From Chloropicon primus (taxonomy: Eukaryota): 64,000 nucleotides of DNA. Location: NCBI GenBank assembly GCA_023205875.1, contig CP060759.1, positions 744,001 through 808,000 on the forward strand. Direction: 5' to 3'. Position 1 is the first letter of the stretch. Every line of letters begins with the position of its first letter. The notes beneath the pieces were generated by a model, which was given only the letters and a program-made list of their open reading frames with translations, made no database searches and was not told the DNA's origin. Position numbers and translations under genes: made by a program. Positions 30,636 to 41,159 of this stretch are shown here, one piece after another.

Positions 30636-32951
30636 CTAGACGGTCTTTTTCTTGACCCAGAAGGCGTAGAAAGCGACGCCGCAGACGATGCCCATGACCC
30701 CCAAAAGAATAAGGCCTGCCCACCACGTGTCCCAGTCCTCGGTGAAAACAGGAGCAAGCGTCAAAGAAAGGATGGACATGAGCTTGATGAGGATGTTCAA
30801 GGCAGGGCCACTGGTGTCCTTGAAAGGATCTCCAATGGTGTCTCCCACGACGCAGGCCTTGTGCGTGTCGCTCTTCTTTCCACCGAAAACCTTCTCGTTC
30901 TCGATGTACTTCTTGGCGTTATCCCAAGCTCCTCCTGCGTTGGACATCATCACCGCAAGCATGAAGCCGCTGGCGATGGAGCCAGCGAGGAGGCCTCCGA
31001 GGCACTTGGCGCCCACGAGGAGGCCGATTGTGATTGGCGACAGGACGGCCAAGGCGCCAGGGAGGACCATCTCCTCAACGCTGGCTTGGGTGCAAAGAGA
31101 AATGCAGGCATCACTGTCGCAGGACACGCCAGGCTCTCCCTCGAGAAGGCCCTTGATCTCCTTGAACTGCCTCTGGACTTCGACGATGATGGAGCCAGCC
31201 GCCTTTCTCACCGAGAGCATGGTGAGGGCACCGAACAAGTAAGGGAGCATGGCTCCGATCATGACTCCGGACAGGACCAATGGGTCCGTGAGGTCCAACT
31301 GCGCCTTTCCGGTCGGGGACTTCACATCGACGTTCTCGGAGTAGGCAGACATGAAAGCGAGGGCAGTGAGCACTGCACTTCCGATAGCAAAGCCCTTTCC
31401 AGTCGCCGCCGTGGTGTTTCCAAGAGCATCAAGGGCGTCGGTCCTCTCCCTGACCTTCTCGTCGCAATCTGGAGACATCTCTGCGATGCCTCCCGCGTTA
31501 TCAGCGATCGGGCCGTAAGCGTCCGTGGCAAGGGTGACGCCGAGGGTGGACAGCATTCCGACGGCCGCAATGGAGATTCCGTACACGTTCGCCAAGCTGT
31601 AGCAAGAAATGATGGCGATGACAATGACAATCACCGGTGGAACGCAAGAGAACATGCCGACTCCCAATCCCTGGATGACGACAGTCGCAGCACCACCCAT
31701 GCTGCCGGCCTCCGTGATGGACTTGGTTGGCAGGTAAGCGTAGGAGGTGAAGTACTCCGTGGCCGATCCGATCAAGATTCCGGCGACCAGCCCGATCAAG
31801 ATGCAAACGAAAAGCTTCCAGCCCCTGTTGGTCGTGGCGCACAGGCCAACCAAGTCAGAGCAGTCCGACCCCGTTGCGTAGAGGGCCTTTTGCATATCGA
31901 AATCGCGGACGTTGTCATCAGTCCCATCGCCGAAAAGAATGTACACCGAGAGGGCAGAAAGGCCCACGACGAGAATGGACGCGACGTACGTTCCGTTGTG
32001 AAGAGTGTGGAGCAGCTGGGTCTGGGTGGCGTCGTCCTTGGTGCGGACGACGAAGAATCCCACAACAGCGGCCAGGATACCAAAACCAGCAATCCAGAAT
32101 GGCAAGGCCAACTCCCTGTTGTTGCTCGCCAAGGCAGCGGAAGCAATGATGGAGCCCACGAAAGACTCGAACAGATCAGCTCCCATGCCAGCAACATCAC
32201 CGACGTTGTCACCGACGTTGTCCGCGATAGTGGCAGGGTTCCTAGGGTCGTCCTCTGGGATGTTTGCCTCGACCTTTCCGACCAAGTCAGCGCCCACGTC
32301 AGCGGCCTTGGTGTAGATTCCTCCCGCGACACGGGCGAACAAGGCAATGGAGGAAGCACCGAACCCGAAACCAGACAGGAACCTGATGGACTCCTGCATG
32401 TACCTCTCGAAGTTCTCGACCTTGTCCGATCCAGACTTGGCCATGGAGAAAACGAAGAAGAGGACAACGATGCCCAAGAGCCCAGAGGCCACGACCGTGA
32501 ACCCCATGACGGCACCACCGGAGAACGCGATCTGCAAGGCAGGGTTCAGTCCCGTCTTGGCCGCTTCCATCGTCTTCACGTTGGCGGCCGTGGCAATTTT
32601 CATTCCTCCCCAGCCAGCAGCGGCCGAGAGCATTGCGCCGAAGATGAAGCAAATGCAAGTCTGCCAGCCTCCCTTGACGCTCTCTCCCTTTGGTGGTTCC
32701 TCCTGTCCTTCGAGGACTCCGATGATAAAGGCTCCCATGAGAACCACGAACGGGACCAAGTAGTAGTACTCGGTCTGCAGGAACTTCACAGCTCCAGCCG
32801 AGACCTTGGAGGATATCTCAATCTGGAAGCCCTGTCCTGCCGAGGCGCTCGAAAGCCTCTGAAGCAAGAAGAAAATCATTCCCAATGCCAGCAAGCCTCC
32901 AATGAATGGGACCGACACCACCACGAGTGGCGTGATATCAGCTTCCTTCAT
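30636..32951 (-). CDS. Membrane-bound ion-translocating pyrophosphatase, K+-dependent type
   Basis: GGIYTKAADVGADLVGKVE, EDDPRNP, DNVGDNVGD, DAYGPIADNAGGIAEM, GNTTAATGK, GDTIGDPFKDTSGP. Confidence 0.97.
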   Translation of the reverse strand: MKEADITPLVVVSVPFIGGLLALGMIFFLLQRLSSASAGQGFQIEISSKVSAGAVKFLQTEYYYLVPFVVLMGAFIIGVLEGQEEPPKGESVKGGWQTCICFIFGAMLSAAAGWGGMKIATAANVKTMEAAKTGLNPALQIAFSGGAVMGFTVVASGLLGIVVLFFVFSMAKSGSDKVENFERYMQESIRFLSGFGFGASSIALFARVAGGIYTKAADVGADLVGKVEANIPEDDPRNPATIADNVGDNVGDVAGMGADLFESFVGSIIASAALASNNRELALPFWIAGFGILAAVVGFFVVRTKDDATQTQLLHTLHNGTYVASILVVGLSALSVYILFGDGTDDNVRDFDMQKALYATGSDCSDLVGLCATTNRGWKLFVCILIGLVAGILIGSATEYFTSYAYLPTKSITEAGSMGGAATVVIQGLGVGMFSCVPPVIVIVIAIISCYSLANVYGISIAAVGMLSTLGVTLATDAYGPIADNAGGIAEMSPDCDEKVRERTDALDALGNTTAATGKGFAIGSAVLTALAFMSAYSENVDVKSPTGKAQLDLTDPLVLSGVMIGAMLPYLFGALTMLSVRKAAGSIIVEVQRQFKEIKGLLEGEPGVSCDSDACISLCTQASVEEMVLPGALAVLSPITIGLLVGAKCLGGLLAGSIASGFMLAVMMSNAGGAWDNAKKYIENEKVFGGKKSDTHKACVVGDTIGDPFKDTSGPALNILIKLMSILSLTLAPVFTEDWDTWWAGLILLGVMGIVCGVAFYAFWVKKKTV

Positions 32952-33669
32952 GTTCTCTGTCTACTCTGCAACAAGATTCCTGCACACACGAAAAGTTGTC
33001 TTTGGATAAATCTATTCCTTCTCCGCTGTCGTCGACAAACAAGAAGCGCAAGCGTCCCTCGGTCACAATAACCAATGTCGAGCAAGCCACTCGTCCTCGC
33101 CTGTCTACCAGGCCCTACTCCTCTCCTACTCCTACTCAAGGACGGCGCTATCAACCGCCACAGCCACCACAGCCTTCTCAGCAATGAAACCAAGAGCCGC
33201 ACGATCTGCGCCGCAGGCCAGGAGAACCATCCAAAGGAACCACTCCATCCAATACAACAAAAGCGTTTAGCACTCTAACACTCTTCTCTTCGGAGTTCCA
33301 AGGGACAAGACCAACAAGAGAACACCAACACGAGAACGAAGGAAGGAATGACGAGCCAGATCTCCTGTCCAGGAGGGCGTCGTCGCTTCGTCGTCGTCGT
33401 CCATCGCTTGTGACGTTCCGGTTCACGAGGACTGTCGTATTGTTTGCCGATCATCTTGGACTCAAGCTTAATCTCTGTCATCGAAGACGAAAGGCTCCTG
33501 GCTTGGGCCCCGAGGGCAAGGTCCTTTTCCTCGTTTCGATTCAAAACTGCATGAGCTCTGTCGTTCTTCTTCCTCCTGGAGTCGCTGGAGTCCTCGGCGA
33601 TCCCTTGGAGGTTGGTGATCGGGCCAAAGGCAGCGCCTTTGAAGACTTCCACTTCCTTGCGAGGATAGG

Positions 33670-34495
33670 ATGGTGACGATAGAGGAAGTGGTGGAGGATA
33701 CCACGGCGCTGGAGGAGAGGCTTCGGGAGAAGTATGCCGGAAACATGGTGGACACTGGTTCGGCACCAAGGAGTGCACCAGGAGCGCAGGTAAGATAAAC
33801 AAACGTGGGGACTGGGGTGCATGGACAGCCCCTCGTTCTGCAGACAGACAAATGGAAGAGACTCTGACGCTTTGTGGTCTCTCTTGGAACTCCTGTTCAT
33901 CAACATCATCCTCAACAACAACAACAACAACAACAACATCATCTCTTGATACGCTTAGGTCTCGGGCTGCAGGGGGGCTGAAGAGCCGGAGCGGAGCAAC
34001 GGGCTCCACGTGCACCTGTGTCACGTTTGCAAGGGCGAGGGGAGCATAAAGATGAACTACAACGCGAGGGTCATCGACCAGAACTGTGACGAGTGCGAGG
34101 GCGTTGGGACGATAACGACGAAGAACGGCGTGAAGATTTCTGAGGAGGAGGCGACGAGCATACGCCGAGAGGCCTCCAGGGGAGACCCTGCCGACGACAA
34201 GACGGAGGAGGACATCCAAAAATTGGAGAAGATGGTTGAAAAGTACGAGAAGGAGGTTGAGGGCCTCGAGGCTGCCTTGGCGGACTCGGAGGGAGAGAAG
34301 AGGAAGCTGCACGAGGACGTTCTGAGCCAAGTGAGAGTGATGCTCGAACGGAGCAAGGGCGCCCTCAACTTCAAGAAGAACAGGAAGGACAGGCTGGCCC
34401 GTCAGAAGGAGCGCCAGCTGAAAGACCGCATTGCTGAGAATTTGAGGGAGGGTGCAAGGCGAAAGAGCAAAGATTCAGCAGAGTCCCAAAAGTAG
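33670..34495 (+). CDS. DnaJ-type zinc-finger (2x CxxCxGxG) plus coiled-coil protein; exons 33670-33789 and 33959-34495
   Basis: CHVCKGEG and CDECEGVG; phase-0 GT-AG intron 33790-33958 containing a (CAA)n tract. Confidence 0.7.
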
Positions 34496-34525
34496 GCAAA
34501 GACGTCGTACAAATGTTGTGTATTT

Positions 34526-35728
34526 TTACTCGAACGCGTAGTCTTGCCTCTTCTCCACCAAGTACTTGTTCACCGTGGCCTCCAGGTCCTCCAGAGTCTG
34601 GTCTCCTTCGATCCTCTCCCCGTTGATGACCCAAGTCGGGAAGCCTTTGACGTCTGCGGCCTCGCAGGCCGCCTCTTGCTTGATCCCCTTCTTGAAGCCC
34701 GAGGGGAAGCACTCCACGTACGGAAAGTCCTTCATGGCTTCCTTGCCGAACACCTGCTTCTGGTCAAAGCAGTGCGAGCACCAGAAAGCGCCGTACATCT
34801 TCGCGTCAACGAGCTTCATCTTCTGCACCAGGGAGAGCGCCTCCCTGGTCGACTCCGTGGTCACGACGGGCTCCTTGTACGGCAGCTCAAAGTCCTCGCT
34901 CGCGAACGATCCATCCGCGTCGCCAAAGAGGACCACGAGCGCGGACACGATCAGGGGCGACACCAGGAACGGGGGCACGGTCGTCTTGACCGGGTCGCCG
35001 TCCGAGGACCCCCACAGCGCGAGGGAAAAGGAGGAGAAGGAGAAGAAGCAGCTGGCCAAGCACCACGCGCACGTCTCGTCCGAAAACTGGGTGAAGAGCA
35101 CGTAGGCAAGGAATGCGCTCACGCTGGCCAGCACCGTCGTCCCCGCCAAGACCCCGAACCTGTACTCCTCCCTGCGGACCGCCTCGCGGGACAGGTAGGC
35201 CACGCCGGCGTAGGTCAGAAACCCAAAGACCGAGACCGGGACGCCAAGAATTTCGGAGTACCTGCTTTCTAGTATAGTCTCGCACCCCGTGGTGGGGCAC
35301 AAAACAGACCCCGCGAAGAGCTTGGAGAAGGACAGGTACGCCGTCTCCAAGGCACCCAAACTGGCGGCGACGGACACCAGGGAGAAAGCCAGGTTGCCTC
35401 TCCCCGAAGTTGTCGCGACTTGGGTCGCCTTCCAAGGGTCGCCGTCGTTCTCGCTGGTCGAGGCTCCGCTTCCAGTCTGGTCGGCCGGACCCCTGTCTTC
35501 GCCACCGCGGCCCGCCGAGCACGCCACCAACCTCCCCGCCACAACAGCGGGTCCCTTCCCTCCCCTCCGAAAACCGAAACCGAGACGAAGGCCCGCCGCT
35601 TCCCTCGCTCCCAAACCCAAACGAACCAAGGCCCTGCACGCCTCAGCCCCCCTCCTCGAGCCGCGGAACCCACGCCTCCCTCCCGCGAACCCCCTTGGCC
35701 TTCCGGACGCCGCACGAACCTCCACCAT
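34526..35728 (-). CDS. LTO1: Thylakoid thiol-disulfide oxidoreductase LTO1 (VKOR-thioredoxin fusion)
   Basis: Transit peptide; VKOR CPTTGC..IL.SRYS and CAWC; Trx-like MYGAFWCSHC...VEC...GFPTW. Confidence 0.93.
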   Translation of the reverse strand: MVEVRAASGRPRGFAGGRRGFRGSRRGAEACRALVRLGLGAREAAGLRLGFGFRRGGKGPAVVAGRLVACSAGRGGEDRGPADQTGSGASTSENDGDPWKATQVATTSGRGNLAFSLVSVAASLGALETAYLSFSKLFAGSVLCPTTGCETILESRYSEILGVPVSVFGFLTYAGVAYLSREAVRREEYRFGVLAGTTVLASVSAFLAYVLFTQFSDETCAWCLASCFFSFSSFSLALWGSSDGDPVKTTVPPFLVSPLIVSALVVLFGDADGSFASEDFELPYKEPVVTTESTREALSLVQKMKLVDAKMYGAFWCSHCFDQKQVFGKEAMKDFPYVECFPSGFKKGIKQEAACEAADVKGFPTWVINGERIEGDQTLEDLEATVNKYLVEKRQDYAFE

Positions 35729-36269
35729 CCCCAAGCCCCTTCTCTCTAACTAACAAAGCGTAAGCGTCCGTCCGTGCCCCCGTTTCCAACCCCACGAGAG
35801 AGCGGACTCCGCCTCCTCGTCGCCCACCTTCCTCCGCTCCCCTTCAAGGACCCGACCGCAGCAACAAACCACCCTTCACTCCCTCCTTCCTGCTTTGAGT
35901 CTCCACCAGCAGCAGAGTTTGGATAAGGTGAGAATTCATTTCAGTTCCTCGCGTCTCTTCTCGTCGCTGGAAAGGGAAACGAAAAGTTAGGCGACGACCG
36001 GAGGAGGCGTGGGCCACGAGGTGCGTCGTGTGTCCTCCTCTTTCGTTCGTTCGTTCAATCGTTCGCTTCGTTCGAACGAACTCTTTGTGTCGCTGATCGA
36101 GCCAGCCAACCAGCCAGCCAAGGCTTTGCTGGCTGCCAAACTTTACTTTACCGTGGAGGACGGGTAGTACCAAGGAAGGGGAGGACTCGGAAGGTATTGT
36201 GGGGAGGAGGTCCGCCTCGTGCGGGTTTTTTTTCGCATTGGGAGAGACTCGACGGTGTTTCACGTGGAC

Positions 36270-37091
36270 ATGATTCGCTGCAGGGCGAAGATGACAACGG
36301 GGGGGAGGTACCTCGTCAAGGGGAGGGCTGAGGAGAGGAGGGGGTCGACAGCTGGTCGGGGGTGCTTCGGATCGAGGCGGGAAGCCTTGGGTGCAGGGGT
36401 AGCGGGCTTGGTCGCGATGGGGCAACGGAGTCTCGGAGCTCTCGCGGCTGAGAGCCCAGCGGACCAGATCGCGAAGGACTACGACGGGTATTCGAGGAAC
36501 TATGACAATCTCGAGGTGGGCGAGCTTGCCAAGGCGTTCGAGCTCGATGCCTTGAGGACGATCGCGGTCACCAAAGCTGCGGGCCGGACGCTCGAGATCG
36601 GGATCGGAACGGGCCTGAACCTGGAGCTGTACGATTTTGACAAAGTGACCCACCTGACGGGTTTTGATATTTCGACGGGCATGCTCGACAAGTCGAGGGA
36701 GAGGGTCGTGGCCAAGGGGTTGGAGGGGAAGGTGGACCTGGTTCAAGGTGACGCCGCGAAGCTGCCCTTCGAGGACAACTCCTTCGACTCGGTGGTCGTG
36801 TCTTACAGCCTGTGCGTCGTCCCGGATGCGAGGTCCTCGCTGGGAGAGATAGCGAGGGTCCTGCGCCCGAGCGGCAGCGGATTTGTAGTGGAGCACATCT
36901 CCAGCGACATAAAGCCTCTCGCACTGTATCAGAAATTCTTGGCGCCCTTCGTCAGGAGGTATGGCAAGGGCTGCGACCCGAGCAAGGACATTCCTTCTCT
37001 GGCCCAGGAGAGCGGGCTGGCGGTGTACGACCTGGATCGCAGGGTCCTGGGGACGGTGGCCTACATGCGGGTGAAAGCGAACGAGAGCTAA
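36270..37091 (+). CDS. Class I SAM-dependent methyltransferase (Methyltransf_11), organelle-targeted
   Basis: LEIGIGTG, GFDISTGML, LPFEDNSFDSV, RVLRPSG. Confidence 0.88.
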   Translation: MIRCRAKMTTGGRYLVKGRAEERRGSTAGRGCFGSRREALGAGVAGLVAMGQRSLGALAAESPADQIAKDYDGYSRNYDNLEVGELAKAFELDALRTIAVTKAAGRTLEIGIGTGLNLELYDFDKVTHLTGFDISTGMLDKSRERVVAKGLEGKVDLVQGDAAKLPFEDNSFDSVVVSYSLCVVPDARSSLGEIARVLRPSGSGFVVEHISSDIKPLALYQKFLAPFVRRYGKGCDPSKDIPSLAQESGLAVYDLDRRVLGTVAYMRVKANES

Positions 37092-37190
37092 CGTTGGTAG
37101 AGAGCAAGCTTGAAGAACGAAATCGAGCTGGGGCTCTTCGGCGTACAAAGTATTACAAATATATTTTATTGTACACTAAAAATGTTTATG

Positions 37191-39617
37191 TTATGGTCTC
37201 TGCATCACCAGGAGAATGGAGGACTTCGGTTTCATGAGGTATTCCGGGCTCGCAGCCGTGCTCTCGTTGGTCAAGGACAACTCCAGCCTCCCCGAGTCGA
37301 GGACCACGACCCACCTGTGCCCGAGCTGAGGCTCGGGGAGGGTCACCAGGACGTCCGTGTCGTTCCCGTTGAACCCAGCGTAAACGGCGTCCAACTTGCT
37401 TTCAGACCAGAAGGACATGCCTATGTATCTGAGCTCGCCCACTTGGCACGCGAGCGGCTCTTCCAAGGGCGACCCCACAGGCAGTTCCAAGGGCGCGGGT
37501 GGGGGCATCTCCCACTTGGGCTCCGCGAGGGCATCGACGCCGTGCCACCTCAAGTCTCTCGGCGCATCGAAAGATGGCTGCTGGATGAGGTCAGAGTAAC
37601 ACTCTCTGAAACTGGCGAGTTTGGAGAAAACGGCCAGCTCCTCTGCCCAGTTCTCATTCGAGAGGTCCAGCAAGCGGATCAGCGGCACGCCCTGGGAGGC
37701 GAAGGCCGCGGTGATCAGAGCCCACCTGATGCTGTCCGAGAACTTTGCTTTCTTGGAGCCTTGCTCCACCTGCTGAGAGAACGGCAGGCCATCCATGGAG
37801 GACACGCTGTTGAGGCCATAGCAGGGCGGCCTCTCCGCGAAGAGGTGGTAGCTGCCGTTCTCCCACCTCTGAAACAAGTCTGCTGAGCCCGTGAGCCTCA
37901 TGGAGACTTTGGTTAGGTCCACCTTAGACCTGTCGTCCTGCAAAAACAGGTCTTGCATGTCGGTCACAAACCTGCTGTTCATTTCGGCCCACCTGCCCCA
38001 GTGAGGGAACCCCCTCACGCCCTCCCTCGGCAAAAGGTGGCTGCCAAAGGGCACCGCGACCATCTTGGTCGACTGAAGGACGGGGTCGTTGCAGAGGTCC
38101 TCCACGATCGGCGGCCTGTCCAAGACGACCCCGGAGTCTCCGTGAGTCAGCTTCTCCGCGTGCAGGAAGAAAATTCCATCGAGGTGGTATTCCGTCACCA
38201 GGAAGCGAAGGGACTCCTTCAGGGACTGAATGGCCTTTCCCTCGTTGAGGTGCGGGGCCTTCGCCACCGACTGGAGCTTCAAGCAGTCGAGCTGCACGAA
38301 GAGCTCGAGGTCCATCCGATGCAAGCTCGCCACCAACCGCTTCATTGCCGAGGAGCCCAAGCCATTCGCGACGGACGTCACGCTGGTCAGCGTCTCCTCG
38401 CTGAGGAGGCCGCGCACCGCCAGGGCCGTCACCCCAGAGTCCTCCAGTCCAACTGCTGCCGTCTCCACGGCCTCGAAGACGCCGCCGTCGCCATCCTGAT
38501 CGCCGTCCTCCCTTCTGAGATCCATTTCCAGCACCACGGTCTTGCTCAACGTGTGGTGCAGCGGCCCGTCCTCCTCCCACTCCTCCTCGATGTCCTCCCC
38601 CTGTCCCTCCCCTCTGGGCAGAAGCGACACCGTGCAGATCTTTTCGCCCCCGCTGGGGACCTTGGTGTGAGCCACGTCGTCGCCAAATGGATCTGCGACC
38701 ATCTCCTCGTCCACCTTGTAGCCGTGAACGGGGTGCGTCTCCGGCAGGCTCAACGCGTAGGCGTCCACGCCGCCGGGGACTCTCAGCGCGCAGTGCCAGA
38801 CGCCCCCGGTCCTGTTCACCGTCGGATCGAGCTCCAGCTCGTAGGCACAGGGTTCGCCTTTACCCCCGGACGTGGTCTCGAACAGGTGCAGCTTTGGAGC
38901 CACGGGCCCGTCGCTCAGCAGGGTGAAGTTGAACCAATCCCCCTCCACGCGGTGGGCCCCAAGCGGAAAGGGGGTTCCCGGGTAAAACCCGAGGGGCACC
39001 CCAAAAAACGAGTGGTCCCGAGGCCTCGAGAGAACAGGGCGGCCGCTGTGCACGTACGTCGGGTTGAAGCCGAAGCGCGAGAAGGGCTCCTCGCTCCTCG
39101 GGAGAACGAGGGTCACCACGAACTCCCCACCCTCGAGGGAGAACGGCGTGACCAGGGCGTTCCCCGCGAGCTTGGTCGCCTCGCAGGCCCCGGTCATCCC
39201 CTGGCTGACCTCGACCTCGCCGCTCGCCCCCCCCAGAATCCACCAGCGGAGGGACATCTCCCCCGATGAGTTGCTCTTCCGCAGCCGAACCGTCACCGCC
39301 ATCGAGGCCTGGGTCTCCTCCACGCACACCCTCACGACCTCGTTCCTGCTCCCCACCAGCTGGTACGCGTGCCTCCTCTCCACCGCCGACGCCTGAACCC
39401 GTTGCAGGCGCCCCCGCGGCGTCGGATCGCAGCGACGAGGAGGAAGACTTCCGCCACTCCGCGAGGAGGAACCCGCACTGCACCCGCTGCGACGACGACG
39501 ACGACAGTGGTGGCACGACGACGACGACGACAACAGTGGTTGATCCAGACACACGGTGGCGCGCCTTCCCGCCGTGAAGCCAGGCAAACGCATGGCGACG
39601 AGGCGCGAGGTGTCCAT
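37191..39617 (-). CDS. ISA2: Isoamylase 2-like GH13 starch-debranching subunit, probably non-catalytic
   Basis: PGTPFPLGA, VNRTGGVWH, EYHLDG, DPVL..TK, FPHWGRWAEMN, RLTGSADLF, SQGVP, LRWHG; nucleophile region reads DGIFFLHA instead of DGFRFD. Confidence 0.8.
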   Translation of the reverse strand: MDTSRLVAMRLPGFTAGRRATVCLDQPLLSSSSSCHHCRRRRRSGCSAGSSSRSGGSLPPRRCDPTPRGRLQRVQASAVERRHAYQLVGSRNEVVRVCVEETQASMAVTVRLRKSNSSGEMSLRWWILGGASGEVEVSQGMTGACEATKLAGNALVTPFSLEGGEFVVTLVLPRSEEPFSRFGFNPTYVHSGRPVLSRPRDHSFFGVPLGFYPGTPFPLGAHRVEGDWFNFTLLSDGPVAPKLHLFETTSGGKGEPCAYELELDPTVNRTGGVWHCALRVPGGVDAYALSLPETHPVHGYKVDEEMVADPFGDDVAHTKVPSGGEKICTVSLLPRGEGQGEDIEEEWEEDGPLHHTLSKTVVLEMDLRREDGDQDGDGGVFEAVETAAVGLEDSGVTALAVRGLLSEETLTSVTSVANGLGSSAMKRLVASLHRMDLELFVQLDCLKLQSVAKAPHLNEGKAIQSLKESLRFLVTEYHLDGIFFLHAEKLTHGDSGVVLDRPPIVEDLCNDPVLQSTKMVAVPFGSHLLPREGVRGFPHWGRWAEMNSRFVTDMQDLFLQDDRSKVDLTKVSMRLTGSADLFQRWENGSYHLFAERPPCYGLNSVSSMDGLPFSQQVEQGSKKAKFSDSIRWALITAAFASQGVPLIRLLDLSNENWAEELAVFSKLASFRECYSDLIQQPSFDAPRDLRWHGVDALAEPKWEMPPPAPLELPVGSPLEEPLACQVGELRYIGMSFWSESKLDAVYAGFNGNDTDVLVTLPEPQLGHRWVVVLDSGRLELSLTNESTAASPEYLMKPKSSILLVMQRP

Positions 39618-40214
39618 CAACCACTCGATCGAGGTGCCAACGCCAATGCCACCAACAACTCAAACACCCGCCTCCACTCCGCAATCAATCTGCAAAAACG
39701 CAAGGAGGAGAGAGGGGAGTCGAAGTCGATGGGAGTTCCCGCAGAGGGTTCCACCGTCAGCGAGAGAGACTGACGGAGAGTAAGAGTAAGAGACGCAGAG
39801 GCCTAAGCGCAGTCACGCGCACGGGTCGCGTGTCTCAATGGTCTGGAGTTTGGATTGGATTGAAAACCAAAACCAAAACCAAAACCAAAACCCAAGGCCC
39901 CTCGAAGTGGAAGTTTCTGAGGGCTCTAAAAATCTGAGAAGATAAGATCTTGGATCTCTTATTGGTTGAAGAAGGACCCGAGGTGGGCTTCGTCTGAAGG
40001 TGAGTCTCTTTGGGCGGTGACGGGCGGCGAGGGCGAGGAGGGGGGCGGAGGGGGGTTGAACAGGGGGAAGCACCTTCTCGCGACCTCTCGTTCGACCTTT
40101 TGGTTGGGAAGAATGACAAAGTGTGGAGGATTTTAACTTACCGAATGGGTGTTTTCTTCCTGCTCCTCTTGTTTGACACACACACACACACAACAGAGAG
40201 AGAGACAGAGAGAG

Positions 40215-41036
40215 ATGGCGTCCGCGAATAGGTTGAGAACGGGGAAGAAGCAGGTCACTTGGGCTGGCAGCGGGCAGTTTGGGCTGCACCAGAAGGCCAA
40301 GAGGCAGAGGAGCTTCACGCCCTCGGGCTATGCCCAGGAGGTGGCGAGGCCGAGGCTGAGCCTCGCGTGCAGCGCGACTCCTCACGAGGGGGACGAGAGC
40401 GGAGGGGTGCCGACCAGGAGGGATGCCTTGAGCATGGGGATGTTCGCGGCGAGCGCCGCTTACCTGAGGACGTGCCTCGACTCGGGCAGCTACGCCCTCG
40501 CGGACGACCTCGAGGTCTTCTGGGGGGCGGCGAACCCTCCCGCGACGTACGGAGGCACCGCTCGAACGACCAAGGAGTTCGCGAGGTACTCCTTCGTCTA
40601 CCCGCCGGAGTGGAAGGAGCAGGCGATCAACAAGGTGGAGAAGGGGACGAATGGCACGGATTGCCGCCTCACAGGCTCCCTCAGGACCAAGGAGCAGATC
40701 TACATCGTGGTTCTGCAGAGGCTGGGCGAGGACTTCAAGGGGTACCAGGTGAACGACGTGGAGAAGGCTCTGAGCGGAATCGCCGTGGCGGACGCGAACT
40801 TGCAGGACGCCCTGGGCCAGTCCGAGACCAAGACCTTCGTCAAGAGGGAGGCGGATGGGCAGACGTTCTTCGACCTCGATCTGAACTCCACGAGCCCCTA
40901 CTACATCACCCTGACCAACGACGGAAACGGCAGGTACTTTGCTGTGTTCATCACGGCAAGCGCGAAAGCTTTCGCGGAGAAGAAGGACCTTTACAAGAAG
41001 ATGAGGGAGAGCTTCAGGACGTTTGTCATCCTGTGA
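40215..41036 (+). CDS. Thylakoid lumenal PsbP-fold protein (TL19-like)
   Basis: Bipartite transit peptide with Tat RR (PTRRDAL...ALA); ATYGG, YSFVYPPEWKE..INKVEKGTNGTD. Confidence 0.78.
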   Translation: MASANRLRTGKKQVTWAGSGQFGLHQKAKRQRSFTPSGYAQEVARPRLSLACSATPHEGDESGGVPTRRDALSMGMFAASAAYLRTCLDSGSYALADDLEVFWGAANPPATYGGTARTTKEFARYSFVYPPEWKEQAINKVEKGTNGTDCRLTGSLRTKEQIYIVVLQRLGEDFKGYQVNDVEKALSGIAVADANLQDALGQSETKTFVKREADGQTFFDLDLNSTSPYYITLTNDGNGRYFAVFITASAKAFAEKKDLYKKMRESFRTFVIL

Positions 41037-41159
41037 GCGACTCGATCGCGCGCGCGGGGAGGGGGGGGCTCTCGGTCTCCGGTGACGAAAGCAAGGCAAA
41101 ACTCGCAACACATAAATTCAGAACAAACGTTTATTTTATCTTTGTGAGACCAAGAACGC

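Noticed and set aside
30525..33071. 848-aa ORF antisense to the pyrophosphatase
   Set aside because: Mirror-frame ORF expected from strong codon bias in GC-rich genes; no motifs. The same applies to 9395-10726, 28724-30151, 50633-52093 and 52871-54478.
33275..34330. 351-aa minus-strand ORF
   Set aside because: Antisense to the spliced zinc-finger gene and runs through its (CAA)n intron.
35844..37148. 434-aa minus-strand ORF
   Set aside because: Antisense shadow of the methyltransferase; no domain.
39862..39892. (AAAACC)5 run
   Set aside because: Simple microsatellite with no spacers; not a CRISPR array or telomere.
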